Of a stretch of DNA of 64,000 nucleotides, positions 1 to 9,116 are shown one piece after another. How positions within the stretch are numbered: the first letter of the stretch is position 1; each line of letters starts with the position of its first letter. Made by a program: the position numbers and the translations under genes. The stretch lies in assembly GCA_051418035.1 (NCBI GenBank), contig JBPRGE010000149.1:14509-78508 (forward strand), read 5' to 3'. The stretch comes from Candidatus Longimicrobiales bacterium M2_2A_002. Lineage in GTDB: Bacteria; Gemmatimonadota; Gemmatimonadetes; Longimicrobiales; RSA9. The notes under the pieces are model-generated. The model saw only the letters and a list, made by a program, of their open reading frames with translations. It was not told the DNA's origin and made no database searches.

Positions 1-1
1 C

Positions 2-808
2 GACGCGGGCAGGGCGCTCGCCGTCACCTACTGGCCGGGTGGTGCCGGCGACGCCGAGCGGCGCGTCCTCGAGAGCGCGGACACCATCATCGTGTACGGC
101 GGGGCCGAGGTGATCGCCTCGTACCGGGAGCGCACGCCGGACACCGCCCGGCTCGTCGTCCACGGCCCCCGATTCTCCGTCGGCCTGGTGGCGCGCGAGG
201 CGCTGCAGGCGGGGCTGGAGCCGATCGCCCGGGACGCGGCCCGGGCCGTGGCCGCATTCGACCAGCACGGGTGCGTCTCTCCCCACGCCGTCTGGGTCGA
301 AGCGGGGAGCGGCGCCGGCGCCCTCGACTTCGCGGAGGCGCTGGCCGACGCGCTCGAGACCGAGGAGGCGTCGCTGCCCCGGGGCGCCATCAGCGCCGCC
401 GAGGCGTCGGCGATCCAGCAGGCGCGATCGGCCGCCGAGCTGAAGGGCCACGCCCCCGACCGGCCCGCGACCCGGGTCCTCGCCGGGGCCGGGACCCGCT
501 GGACGGTCATCTACGACGAGGACCCGGCGTTCGTCCCGTCGTGCCTCAACCGCCTCGTCCGCGTCCACCCCATCGACGACCTCGAGGAGACGATGGAGCT
601 CCTGGCGCCCGCCGGCCGGCTGCTCCAGTCGGTGGCGATGGCCGTACCCGAGCCGCGGCGCCTCGCGCTGGCCGATGCCCTCGCCCGCATCGGGGCGACC
701 CGGATCACCACCTTCGCCCGCCTGCCGTGGCCCGAGCCGACCTGGCACCACGACGGCGGCGAGCCGCTCCGGGAGCTGGTGCGGTGGGTGGACGTGGAGG
801 CTCGCTAG
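2..808 (+). CDS. LuxC-family acyl-CoA reductase, C-terminal ~269 aa (5' end outside window)
   Basis: The frame is open from the window edge to TAG 806-808. Track ORF 92..808 is the GTG-initiated tail of the same frame. LuxC-like look: IIVYGGAEVIASYR and FDQHGCVSPH (Cys in the family's active-site context). The call rests on motif recollection only. Confidence 0.6.
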   Translation, partial: DAGRALAVTYWPGGAGDAERRVLESADTIIVYGGAEVIASYRERTPDTARLVVHGPRFSVGLVAREALQAGLEPIARDAARAVAAFDQHGCVSPHAVWVEAGSGAGALDFAEALADALETEEASLPRGAISAAEASAIQQARSAAELKGHAPDRPATRVLAGAGTRWTVIYDEDPAFVPSCLNRLVRVHPIDDLEETMELLAPAGRLLQSVAMAVPEPRRLALADALARIGATRITTFARLPWPEPTWHHDGGEPLRELVRWVDVEAR

Positions 809-963
809 CGCTCGCAACCGGCGGCCTGCGGCCGCACCAGGCTCCCTTCGGTCGCATCAGGGCTCGCGCTGCTCGCCAACCGGCTCCCTTCGGTCGCAGG
901 GCCCGCCGGTGCGGCGCGTCTCGCGGTGGGGGATTTTGCCCGCGGAGCGAGCCCCCATACGAA

Positions 964-993
964 AGCCCCGACCGCGCTGCCGCGGCCGGGGCT
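964..993. terminator. GC-rich hairpin between convergent 3' ends (candidate intrinsic terminator)
   Basis: Stem AGCCCCGACCGCG / CGCGGCCGGGGCT (13 bp, one mismatch) with a 4-nt loop. The minus-strand reading is followed by TTTCGTAT, the plus-strand reading by GCGTTCTG (weak U tracts). Confidence 0.4.
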
Positions 994-1016
994 GCGTTCT
1001 GATCGGAGGGTTGGAC

Positions 1017-1217
1017 CTAGTCGTCCGAGTCCACGGGCTGCTCCTTCGCCCGCCACATCACAAGCTGCCGCGTGCCGTTCGGGCTCTCCTCAACCCGCAC
1101 CGTCAGAAGATCGCCGTCATCGATGCCCAGGTCGTCACGGATCTCCTGGGGGATGGTGACCCGGCCGCCGACACCGACGTTCAGATCCCCGTAGTAGAGC
1201 GTCCTGTAGAGCGCCAT
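1017..1217 (-). CDS. AbrB/MazE/SpoVT-family DNA-binding protein (antitoxin-like), 66 aa
   Basis: ATG 1217 with GGAGG 7 nt upstream; the track ORF begins at an upstream TTG (1241). Swapped-hairpin motif GRVTIPQEIRDDLGIDDGDLLTV. Confidence 0.7.
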   Translation of the reverse strand: MALYRTLYYGDLNVGVGGRVTIPQEIRDDLGIDDGDLLTVRVEESPNGTRQLVMWRAKEQPVDSDD

Positions 1218-1284
1218 TCCTGATCCTCCACCGTCGAACAAAAATGAGCGGGCGCCTGCCCCGCCCGCATGATAATCTCACCAA

Positions 1285-1312
1285 AATATACGGTTTGACC
1301 GGGTATTGGCAA
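1285..1312 (-). promoter_or_regulatory. sigma-70-type promoter candidate for the AbrB-like gene
   Basis: Minus strand TTGCCA (1312-1307), 16 nt spacer, TATATT (1290-1285). Each hexamer is 5/6 to consensus. It lies in a locally AT-richer divergent spacer about 70 nt upstream of ATG 1217. Confidence 0.4.
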
Positions 1313-1539
1313 ATGGAACTCCGGGCTCCTGCCCCCCGTAGTGACCCCGAGGCCGGTGAGGGATTCTGCCATTATGGCGGCAATGGCCGGGCACGAAACG
1401 GGGACGGCCCGCTGACGGTCGGGAACCTCGTCCCCCGGTCGGGGGTTCAGGAGGTCGGAACGACCCTTGCACCTCGAACGGGCAGACCGCGGGGCCGCGC
1501 AAGCGGCTCCGTTCGCATAGTAGACGACGAGAGGCGGAC

Positions 1540-2259
1540 ATGATAGATCGACGACAGACGGAACGGATGCAGCACGCGAGGAGCCGATTACGCACGGGGG
1601 CGACGGCGATACTCGGGCTCCTGCTCGTGGCGGGCACGCTCTACGCGGCCGCACCGGTGGAGAAGCGCGCGGGCCGGGAGATCGCCGCGACCGCGCCGGA
1701 CGGGGCGGCCGTTCCGTCGCTCACGGAGCTCGAGTCGCGCGTGAACCGCCTGGAGCGCGGCTGGGCGCGCCTCGCCGCGTACTACGACGCCGAGGTGGCG
1801 CCCATCGAGGAGGTGCTGCTCCGGTACGGCGACGATCGGGAGCTGGTGAGCCGCGTGGCGACAGCGGTGGTGCGGGAGGCCCATGCCGCGAACCTGGAGC
1901 CGCGGCTGCTCCTCGGAGTGCTCCTGGTGGAGAATCCATGGCTGGATCCGTCCGCGCGGAGCTTCGTCGGCGCCGTGGGGCTGATGCAGGTCATGCCCGT
2001 CCACCAGGGCGGGTGGTCGTGCGGCTGGGACCTGGAGCAGATCGACACCAACGTGTGCCTCGGTGCACGGGTATTCGCCCACTACCTGCAGCGGAGCGGC
2101 GGCAACGTCGAGAAAGCGTTGCTTCGATACAACGGTTGTGTGACGGGCTCCAACACTCCGAACTGTCACGAATATCCGTCACGCGTGCTGGAACGGGCGG
2201 GCGGGTCATCGAAGCTGGCGTGGTCCGGCGGTGGGGGCGGGTCGGCCGGCTCGCCCTGA
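1540..2259 (+). CDS. lytic transglycosylase (SLT domain), membrane-anchored
   Basis: ATG 1540. N-terminal hydrophobic anchor (GATAILGLLLVAGTLYAA). SLT motif LLVENPWLDP...VGAVGLMQVMP. Confidence 0.8.
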   Translation: MIDRRQTERMQHARSRLRTGATAILGLLLVAGTLYAAAPVEKRAGREIAATAPDGAAVPSLTELESRVNRLERGWARLAAYYDAEVAPIEEVLLRYGDDRELVSRVATAVVREAHAANLEPRLLLGVLLVENPWLDPSARSFVGAVGLMQVMPVHQGGWSCGWDLEQIDTNVCLGARVFAHYLQRSGGNVEKALLRYNGCVTGSNTPNCHEYPSRVLERAGGSSKLAWSGGGGGSAGSP

Positions 2260-2279
2260 CCCGGCTCGCGCTGACCCGG

Positions 2280-2627
2280 TCAGGGGCTCCCGGGCTCGGG
2301 GCTCCCGGGCTCGGGTTCTTCCTTCGCTCCGGTCGGGGCCCCGCCCTCATCCTCGTCGGCGGGGGTGCAGGACCGGAGGAGGGCCACCAGCTCGTGGGTC
2401 TTGAACTCCCGTGCCCGGACCACCACCTCCTGGGGCGTGTCCTCGATGAAGATGGTCGTCGTGCGGACGGGGTCGGCATCGCCGGCGTCGGCGGCGGAGA
2501 ACGCGATTCGGCCCCGGACGGGTTGGCCGGCTCCCTGCGTCTCCTGGAGCTCGAGGTACGCGTCCCAGAACCGGCCATCGTAGCTGATGGTTGCCAGGTG
2601 GTGGGAGTTTCGAAGATCGCGTCGCAT
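2280..2627 (-). CDS. hypothetical protein, 115 aa
   Basis: ATG 2627. No recognisable domain. The acidic Pro/Gly tail ends in tandem EPGSPEPGSP. The coding call rests on length and frame behaviour only. Confidence 0.4.
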   Translation of the reverse strand: MRRDLRNSHHLATISYDGRFWDAYLELQETQGAGQPVRGRIAFSAADAGDADPVRTTTIFIEDTPQEVVVRAREFKTHELVALLRSCTPADEDEGGAPTGAKEEPEPGSPEPGSP

Positions 2628-2728
2628 GTCGGAAACGTAGGGCGATCGGGGTGCACGCCGCTACCCATCGGCAACGGAGACGGGGCACGGGGCGGAGACC
2701 ACAGGGCGATAGACTTCGATACGCAGTC

Positions 2729-3328
2729 ATGATCTTCCGGAATACGCGACCAGAGAGTGAGCCCGGCCTCGAGGAGCGGCTTCAGTCGCTGGAGCAGCAG
2801 GCGGAGCTCGCCCTGCCCGGCTTCGACGCCCAGTTCTTCAACCGTGCGGGCGATCTCTGTCTCGAGGCCGGGGACGAGGACCGGGCGCTCTCGTACCACG
2901 GTCGGGCCATCAACGCCTACCTGCGTGCCGGTCGGTACAACGCCGCGGGCGCGGTGTGCCGGAAGGTGCTCCGGATCTCGCCGAACGCGGTACGGGTCCG
3001 CTGCACGCTGGCGTGGCTCTCCATCGGGAAGGGGTTGCTGGGTGACGCGCAGCGGGAGGTGGACGACTACGTGGAGGCCGCCGTCTCGGCCGGCCAGTCG
3101 CACCTGGCCCGGAAGCAGGTGCGGAAGATGGCGGAGGCGGCGGGCAACGACGAGTTCCGGGCAGTGATGGCCGAGCACCTCCACCGGCTGGGCGCACCGG
3201 ACGAGGCCGAGGATCTGCTCGCCAGGGAGCCCGAGCACCACGCCGGCGAGCAGGAGCCCGAAGCGCTCTGGTCGCGGGTCCTGCGCGCCATCCTGGCCAG
3301 CCCGGAGGATCTCCTCCACGACGACTGA
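2729..3328 (+). CDS. hypothetical helical-repeat (TPR-like) protein, 199 aa
   Basis: Track ORF 2591..3328 trimmed to the first ATG (2729). TPR-like helices (RALSYHGRAINAYLRAGRYNAAGAVCRKVL). No catalytic motif. Confidence 0.5.
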   Translation: MIFRNTRPESEPGLEERLQSLEQQAELALPGFDAQFFNRAGDLCLEAGDEDRALSYHGRAINAYLRAGRYNAAGAVCRKVLRISPNAVRVRCTLAWLSIGKGLLGDAQREVDDYVEAAVSAGQSHLARKQVRKMAEAAGNDEFRAVMAEHLHRLGAPDEAEDLLAREPEHHAGEQEPEALWSRVLRAILASPEDLLHDD

Positions 3329-3504
3329 CCCGCCCGCCCGGCGGGCGATCCCCGCGAGGCCGATCCGACGTCGGCCCGACGATGGGGTGGGGTTGCGTGC
3401 CGCGTGGCCCCGTGTCAGATTTTCCGCCTCTTTGGCCGGGTGGGGAGATATCCGGTCTTCCTTGTAGTCGGGCCCACTACGCGGCCCCCTCACGTCGAGA
3501 GTGG

Positions 3505-4023
3505 ATGGGACGAGGCACCCTCATACTTCTGGGGATCATCGTGCTGGTGGGTGCCGGAGCGCTGATCGCGGGCGTGACGTCCGACGATGGCCCGCCGCCG
3601 CAGCCGATCCCGTTCCCGCACGATATCCATGCCGGCACGAACCAGACCCCGTGCCTGTACTGCCATTCGTCGGCGGACAGGTCCGTGGATGCCGGGCTCC
3701 CGGCCGTGGAGGTGTGCGTCGGGTGCCACATGCCCGGCGGGGTGCCGATGATCGCGGCGGACAGCGCGGGTGTCCGGCAGCTGATCAGCTACTGGAACGA
3801 CGGTCGGACGATCCCGTGGGTCCGGATCCACGACCTGCCGGACCACGCGCATTTCCCCCACATGATCCACGTGAACGCCGAGGACCTGGAGTGTCAGGAG
3901 TGTCACGGCCAGGTGGAAGCCATGGCGGAGATCCAGCTGCAGCAGAACCTCTACATGGGCTGGTGTCTCGGGTGCCATCAGGAGCGGGAGGTCCGCACTG
4001 ACTGCACAGTCTGCCACTACTGA
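3505..4023 (+). CDS. actA: alternative complex III subunit ActA, pentahaem cytochrome c
   Basis: ATG 3505 followed by a signal anchor (LILLGIIVLVGAGALIAG). Five CxxCH motifs (CLYCH, CVGCH, CQECH, CLGCH, CTVCH). First gene of the act cluster. Confidence 0.85.
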   Translation: MGRGTLILLGIIVLVGAGALIAGVTSDDGPPPQPIPFPHDIHAGTNQTPCLYCHSSADRSVDAGLPAVEVCVGCHMPGGVPMIAADSAGVRQLISYWNDGRTIPWVRIHDLPDHAHFPHMIHVNAEDLECQECHGQVEAMAEIQLQQNLYMGWCLGCHQEREVRTDCTVCHY

Positions 4024-4033
4024 CGCAGAGTCG

Positions 4034-7000
4034 ATGTCGAAGAACGGTAACAACGGTGGTATGGAGCGCAGGGACTTCCTGAAGGTGCTGGGCGTGGCGG
4101 GCGCGGGTGCCGCGGCCACGGGCTGCTCGTCGGAGCCGGACCGGCTGATCCCGTACCTGGTCCAGCCCGAGCAGACGGTGCCGGGGATGGCGACGTACTA
4201 CCGCACGACGTGCAGGGAATGCCCGGCGGGGTGCGGTATGACCGTGCGCACGCGTGAGGGCCGGGCGGTGAAGGCGGAGGGCACGCCGGACTCCCCGATC
4301 TCCCACGGGAAGCTGTGCGCCCGGGGCCAGGCGTCGCTGCACGGGCTCTACGACCCGGACCGGGTCCCGCAGGCGCTGGTCCGGGAGGGCGACAGCTGGT
4401 CGAAGGTCGGGTGGAGCCGGGCGGAGCAGTCGCTGGCGGAGGCGCTGGATGCCGCGGGTGAGAACGCCGTGTTCCTGACGGCGCCCGAGACCGGGGCGAT
4501 GGACCGGCTGCTCGACGAGTGGTGCGAGGCCGCCGGCGTCCGCCGGGTCACGTTCGAGAGCTTCGGCCACGCGGCGCTCCGCGAGGCGAGCCGCCGGGTG
4601 TACGGCCGGGCCGCGCTCCCGATCCACGACTTCGCGAACGCCGAGGTCGTGCTGTCGTTCGGCGCGGACTTCATGGAGACGTGGCTCTCACCCGTGGACT
4701 ACTCCCACGGCTTCGTGGAGGGTCACGCCTACGCGAACGGGCACAAGGGCCGGTTCATCGCGGTCTCGCCGCACCAGTCGCTGACGGACCTGAACGCGGA
4801 CGTCTGGATCGCGCCCCGTCCGGGCACCGAGCACCTGGTGGCGCTGGCCATGGCCCGGCTGGTCGCCGACGAGCGGGGCTCGGAGGTCGCGGACACGCTG
4901 CTCGCCGATGTGGACCCGGCCGCGCTGGCCGGGGCCGCGGGCGTGGAGCTGGACCGGGTCGAGGACGCGGCCCACAGCTTCGCGAGCCGGCCGTCGCTGG
5001 CGGTGGGGCCGGGCGTGGGCACATCGAGCGCGGCGGCCACGACGCTCGCCACGGCGGTGGCGGTGCTGAACGAGGCGGCCGGCAACATGGGCCGGACGGT
5101 CCGGCTCGGGTCCGAGCTCGATGGCGGCGCGACCCACGAGGAGCTGGCGGCGCTGGTGGAGGAGATGGCCGCCGGTCGCGTGTCCGCGCTGCTGGTGCGG
5201 GGTCCGAACCCGCTCTACGAGCTGCCGGACCGGGACGGGGTGGCCGGGGCGCTGGACGCGGTGCCGTTCATCGCGTCGTTCTCGCCGTTCCTGGACGAGA
5301 CCTCGGCGCGGGCGCACCTGCTGCTGCCCGACCACCACTTCCTGGAGGCGTGGGGCGACCACGAGCCGCGGCCGGGCGTGCATTCGCTGGTGCAGCCGGT
5401 GATGACGCCGGTCTACGAGACGAAGCAGACGGGCGACGTGCTGCTCTCGGTGGCCCGGCGGGCCGGGCTGACGCTGCCGTCGTCGGCGAGCACGTACTAC
5501 GACTATCTCCGGGAGCGCTGGCGGGAGATCCACCGGCAGACCGGCGACGGGCGCGCCTTCGACGGCTGGTGGACCGCGACGCTGCAGAAGGGCACGCTGG
5601 TGACGGACGCGTACGGCCAGCCGGGTGTCCCGAGCGCGCGGCTGGAGGGCGATGTGCTCGCGCTGTCCACGGCCCCGGCGCCGCTGGCCGGCGAGGGTGA
5701 GCTGAGCCTGGTCGTCTACCCGTCGTATCGGTTCTACGACGGCCGGACGGCGAACCGTCCGTGGCTCCAGGAGCTGCCCGACCCCGTCTCGAAGCACACC
5801 TGGGGCACGGTGCTGGAGATGCACCCGGCCACGGCCGAGGAGTACGGTCTGGACAACGGGCACATCGTGGAGCTGAGCACGGCGCAGGGCACGGTGGAGC
5901 TCCCGGTCTGGCGGCACCCGGGCGTGCGGCCGGACACGGTGGCCGTCCAGCTGGGCCAGGGCCACGAGCAGATGGGGCGGTACGCCCGGGGCCGGGGGAT
6001 CAATCCGGTGGCGCTGCTGGCGGCCCGCTACGACGAGGCGGGCGGGCTGGCGTGGACCCAGAGTCGCGCCGACGTGAACCCGACGGGCCGGTGGGAGCGC
6101 CAGCCGTTCTCGTCGGAGCAGGACGACGTGAGCGGGCGCCACGTGTACGACTACGTCTCGCTGGAAGAGGCCGCCGCGGCCGCCTCGACGGTGCCGCGGG
6201 GTGCGCAGGCGCCCGTCCCGGCCGCCGACGCGTTCGGCGAGAGTCTGCACGAGTCCGGTGCGCTGGTGGGTCCGGGCCACGTGGGTGGTGTGGCCGTGCC
6301 CCACGGGCAGACGGTGCACCCGAACGAGTCGGCCCGGCCGCTGCTGCAGGAGTCGGGCGGGTTCGCGCCGGTCATGGTGGATGGCGCGCCGCAGGAGTAC
6401 CCGCCGCCGGGCACGCACTACGGCGAGTACACCGAGGAGCAGCCCCGGTGGGCCATGGCCGTGGACATGGAGCGGTGCATCGGGTGCAGCGCGTGCCAGA
6501 CGGCGTGCCAGGCGGAGAACAACATCGGCCTGGTCGGCCCGGAGCTGGTGGCGCAGGGCCGGCTGATCCAGTGGATCCGGATCGAGCGCTACTTCGAGGA
6601 AGAAGAGGCGGGCGTCGTCCACGAGATGAACGGCGGCGCCGGGCACCGGAAGACGACGTTCCTGCCCATGATGTGCCAGCAGTGCGGCAACGCGCCGTGC
6701 GAGCCGGTCTGCCCGGTGTACGCGAGCTACCATACGCCGGACGGGCTGAACGCCCAGGTCTACAACCGGTGCGTCGGGACGCGGTACTGCGCCAACAACT
6801 GCCCGTACAAGGTCCGCTACTTCAACTACTTCACGTACGAGTGGCCGGAGCCGCTGAACTGGCAGCTGAACCCGGACGTCACGGTCCGGGAGAAGGGCAT
6901 CATGGAGAAGTGCACGTTCTGCGTGCAGCGGATCCGCAAGGCCGAGCACGACGCCCGGACCGACGGACGGGCGGTACAGGACGGCGAGATCGTGCCGGCG

Positions 7001-7180
7001 TGCGCGCAGACGTGTCCGGGCAACGCCATCGTGTTCGGCAACATCGAGGACCCGGGCTCCCGAGTCGCGCGCGTGGTCGAATCGAGTCGTGGCTACCGGG
7101 TGTTCGAGGAGCTCAATACCCAGTCCGCGGTGGTCTACCTGAAGAAGGTGGTCGAGGGCGGGGAAGGGGCGGCGCACTGA
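4034..7180 (+). CDS. actB: alternative complex III subunit ActB (molybdopterin-oxidoreductase-like half fused to Fe-S half)
   Basis: Twin-arginine signal (MERRDFLKVLGVAGAGAAATGC). The C-terminal half carries four Cys clusters (CIGCSACQTAC, CQQCGNAPCEPVCP, CVGTRYCANNCP, CTFCVQR...CAQTCP). 1048 aa. Confidence 0.9.
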   Translation: MSKNGNNGGMERRDFLKVLGVAGAGAAATGCSSEPDRLIPYLVQPEQTVPGMATYYRTTCRECPAGCGMTVRTREGRAVKAEGTPDSPISHGKLCARGQASLHGLYDPDRVPQALVREGDSWSKVGWSRAEQSLAEALDAAGENAVFLTAPETGAMDRLLDEWCEAAGVRRVTFESFGHAALREASRRVYGRAALPIHDFANAEVVLSFGADFMETWLSPVDYSHGFVEGHAYANGHKGRFIAVSPHQSLTDLNADVWIAPRPGTEHLVALAMARLVADERGSEVADTLLADVDPAALAGAAGVELDRVEDAAHSFASRPSLAVGPGVGTSSAAATTLATAVAVLNEAAGNMGRTVRLGSELDGGATHEELAALVEEMAAGRVSALLVRGPNPLYELPDRDGVAGALDAVPFIASFSPFLDETSARAHLLLPDHHFLEAWGDHEPRPGVHSLVQPVMTPVYETKQTGDVLLSVARRAGLTLPSSASTYYDYLRERWREIHRQTGDGRAFDGWWTATLQKGTLVTDAYGQPGVPSARLEGDVLALSTAPAPLAGEGELSLVVYPSYRFYDGRTANRPWLQELPDPVSKHTWGTVLEMHPATAEEYGLDNGHIVELSTAQGTVELPVWRHPGVRPDTVAVQLGQGHEQMGRYARGRGINPVALLAARYDEAGGLAWTQSRADVNPTGRWERQPFSSEQDDVSGRHVYDYVSLEEAAAAASTVPRGAQAPVPAADAFGESLHESGALVGPGHVGGVAVPHGQTVHPNESARPLLQESGGFAPVMVDGAPQEYPPPGTHYGEYTEEQPRWAMAVDMERCIGCSACQTACQAENNIGLVGPELVAQGRLIQWIRIERYFEEEEAGVVHEMNGGAGHRKTTFLPMMCQQCGNAPCEPVCPVYASYHTPDGLNAQVYNRCVGTRYCANNCPYKVRYFNYFTYEWPEPLNWQLNPDVTVREKGIMEKCTFCVQRIRKAEHDARTDGRAVQDGEIVPACAQTCPGNAIVFGNIEDPGSRVARVVESSRGYRVFEELNTQSAVVYLKKVVEGGEGAAH

Positions 7181-8595
7181 TGCCCGATACCGTGGTCCGC
7201 TCCGAGACGCATCCGGGTGTCGAGAGGTACGAGGACGTCAACCGGGACGTCCTGAAGCTGCTCAGCAAGCCGGGGAAGGTCTACTGGCTGCTGCTGGCGC
7301 TGGCTGTGGCGGGCGTGGGCCTGCTGGCGTTCAGCTTCTTCGTCCAGCTGTACCTGGGGATCGGGATGACCGGGCTGATGAACCCGATCTCCTGGGGCGT
7401 CTACATCACGACGTTCGTCTTCTGGGTGGGGATCGCCCACTCCGGGACGCTGATCTCGGCGATCCTCTTCCTGTTCCGGGCGCGGTGGCGGCAGTCCATC
7501 TACCGGGCGGCGGAGGCCATGACCGTGTTCGCGGTGATGACGGCCGGGCTGTTCCCGATCATCCACCTGGGCCGCCCGTTCATCTTCTACTGGCTGATCC
7601 CGTACCCGAACCAGCGGATGCTGTGGCCGAACTTCCGCAGCCCGCTGGTCTGGGACGTCTTCGCCATCAGCACGTACCTGATCGTCAGCGCGACCTTCTT
7701 CGTGATCGGGATGATCCCCGATATCGCCGCGGCCCGGGACTCGACCACGGTCCCGTGGCGGAAGAAGCTGTACACCGTGCTGAGCTTCGGGTGGAAGGGC
7801 AGCGGCAGGCAGTGGCGCCACTTCAACCGGGCGTACCTGTACCTGGCCGCGCTGGCGACGCCGCTGGTGCTGTCGGTGCACAGCGTGGTGTCCTGGGACT
7901 TCGCCATGAGCATCGTCCCGGGCTGGCACTCGACGATCTTCGCGCCCTACTTCGTGGCCGGGGCGATCTTCAGCGGGCTGGCCATGGTGATCACGCTGCT
8001 GGTCCCGATCCGGAAGATCTTCGGGCTCGAGGCCTACTTCACCAGCAAGCACTTCGACGCCATGTCGAAGCTGATCCTGCTGACCAGCCTGATCGTCGGC
8101 TACGCGTACATGGCCGAGGTCTTCCTGGTCTGGTACAGCCAGGAGCCGCCCCACATGGAGGGCCAGTACGTGATCGCGGGGCTCAGCGGGAACTACTGGT
8201 GGGCTACGTCGATCATGCTGATCTGCAACATGGTGGTGCCGCAGCTGCTCTGGTCGAAGAAGGTCCGGACCAGCATCCCGGCGCTGTTCGTGATCACGAT
8301 CTTCATCAACATCGGGATGTGGTTCGAGCGGTTCGTGATCATCGTGACGAGCCTGAGCCACGAGTTCGAGCCGTGGCAGTGGAACGTGTATGAGCCGAGC
8401 TGGGTCGAGATGGGGATCATGGTCGGCAGCTTCGGCTGGTTCTTCATGTGGTTCCTCCTCTTCATGCGCGTGCTGCCGGCCGTGTCGGTGGCCGAGCTCA
8501 AGGAGGTGCTGCCGGCGCCCCGGAAGTGGCGTAACGGACGCACGGAGAAGGACATGGAGCTGCTCGCCCGGCAGGACCCGGAGGTGGACGAATGA
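7180..8595 (+). CDS. actC: alternative complex III subunit ActC (NrfD/PsrC-type polytopic membrane subunit)
   Basis: ATG 7180 overlaps the actB stop (TGATG). Strongly hydrophobic multi-TM protein. Track ORF 5761..8595 is this gene plus a spurious in-frame extension inside actB. Confidence 0.9.
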   Translation: MPDTVVRSETHPGVERYEDVNRDVLKLLSKPGKVYWLLLALAVAGVGLLAFSFFVQLYLGIGMTGLMNPISWGVYITTFVFWVGIAHSGTLISAILFLFRARWRQSIYRAAEAMTVFAVMTAGLFPIIHLGRPFIFYWLIPYPNQRMLWPNFRSPLVWDVFAISTYLIVSATFFVIGMIPDIAAARDSTTVPWRKKLYTVLSFGWKGSGRQWRHFNRAYLYLAALATPLVLSVHSVVSWDFAMSIVPGWHSTIFAPYFVAGAIFSGLAMVITLLVPIRKIFGLEAYFTSKHFDAMSKLILLTSLIVGYAYMAEVFLVWYSQEPPHMEGQYVIAGLSGNYWWATSIMLICNMVVPQLLWSKKVRTSIPALFVITIFINIGMWFERFVIIVTSLSHEFEPWQWNVYEPSWVEMGIMVGSFGWFFMWFLLFMRVLPAVSVAELKEVLPAPRKWRNGRTEKDMELLARQDPEVDE

Positions 8596-9116
8596 GCGGG
8601 CGCTACCTGGGCGTGTTCGGCGAGGTCGACGCGGCGGTCAAGGCCATCGAGGAGCTGCAGGACGCGGGGCTGACGGACCTGGAGACCTATTCGCCGCTCC
8701 CGCAGCACGAGCTGGAGCACGCGCTGCACCGGCCGACCAGCTCCGTCCGGCTGTTCACGCTGGTGGGCGGGCTGACGGGCGCGGCCGCCGGGTTCGCGCT
8801 CGCGATCTGGACGTCGTTCGACTGGCCGCTGATCACCGGTGGGAAGCCCATCGCCTCGCTGCCGGCGTTCGTGGTCATCGCGTTCGAGATGACGATCCTG
8901 TTCGGCGCGCTGTCGACGGTGCTGGGGCTGATCATCAATGCGCGGCTCGGGCCGCCGGGGAAGGACCTGGCGTACGACCCGCGGTTCAGCGCCGGCAGCT
9001 TCGGCGTGCTGGTGGACGCGCCATCGGGTCAGGGCGATGAAGCGCGCCGGATCCTGGAGTCGGCCGGTGCGGAGGAAGTGCAGTCGTGGGACGAGGGGGG
9101 CGACCATGCGGCGTAG
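8592..9116 (+). CDS. actD: alternative complex III subunit ActD
   Basis: ATGA overlap with the actC stop. 174 aa with two central TM helices (LFTLVGGLTGAAAGFALAIW, LPAFVVIAFEMTILFGALSTVLGLII). Size and position match ActD. Confidence 0.8.
   Translation: MSGRYLGVFGEVDAAVKAIEELQDAGLTDLETYSPLPQHELEHALHRPTSSVRLFTLVGGLTGAAAGFALAIWTSFDWPLITGGKPIASLPAFVVIAFEMTILFGALSTVLGLIINARLGPPGKDLAYDPRFSAGSFGVLVDAPSGQGDEARRILESAGAEEVQSWDEGGDHAA

Noticed and set aside
2246-2312. Two back-to-back 15-bp tandem duplications, CCGGCTCGC(C/G)CTGAC x2 and GGGGCTCCCGGGCTC x2, at the convergent 3' ends of the SLT gene and ORF 2280..2627.
   Set aside because: They are only two copies each and lie within coding 3' ends (the second encodes EPGSPEPGSP). 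Simple slippage duplication is the most economical explanation.
5761-8595. A 944-aa ORF that suggests a much longer ActC overlapping actB.
   Set aside because: Only the part from ATG 7180 is hydrophobic and NrfD-like. The 5' 473 codons are Arg/Gly/Ala-rich junk in an alternative frame of actB. ATG 7180 is coupled to the actB stop.
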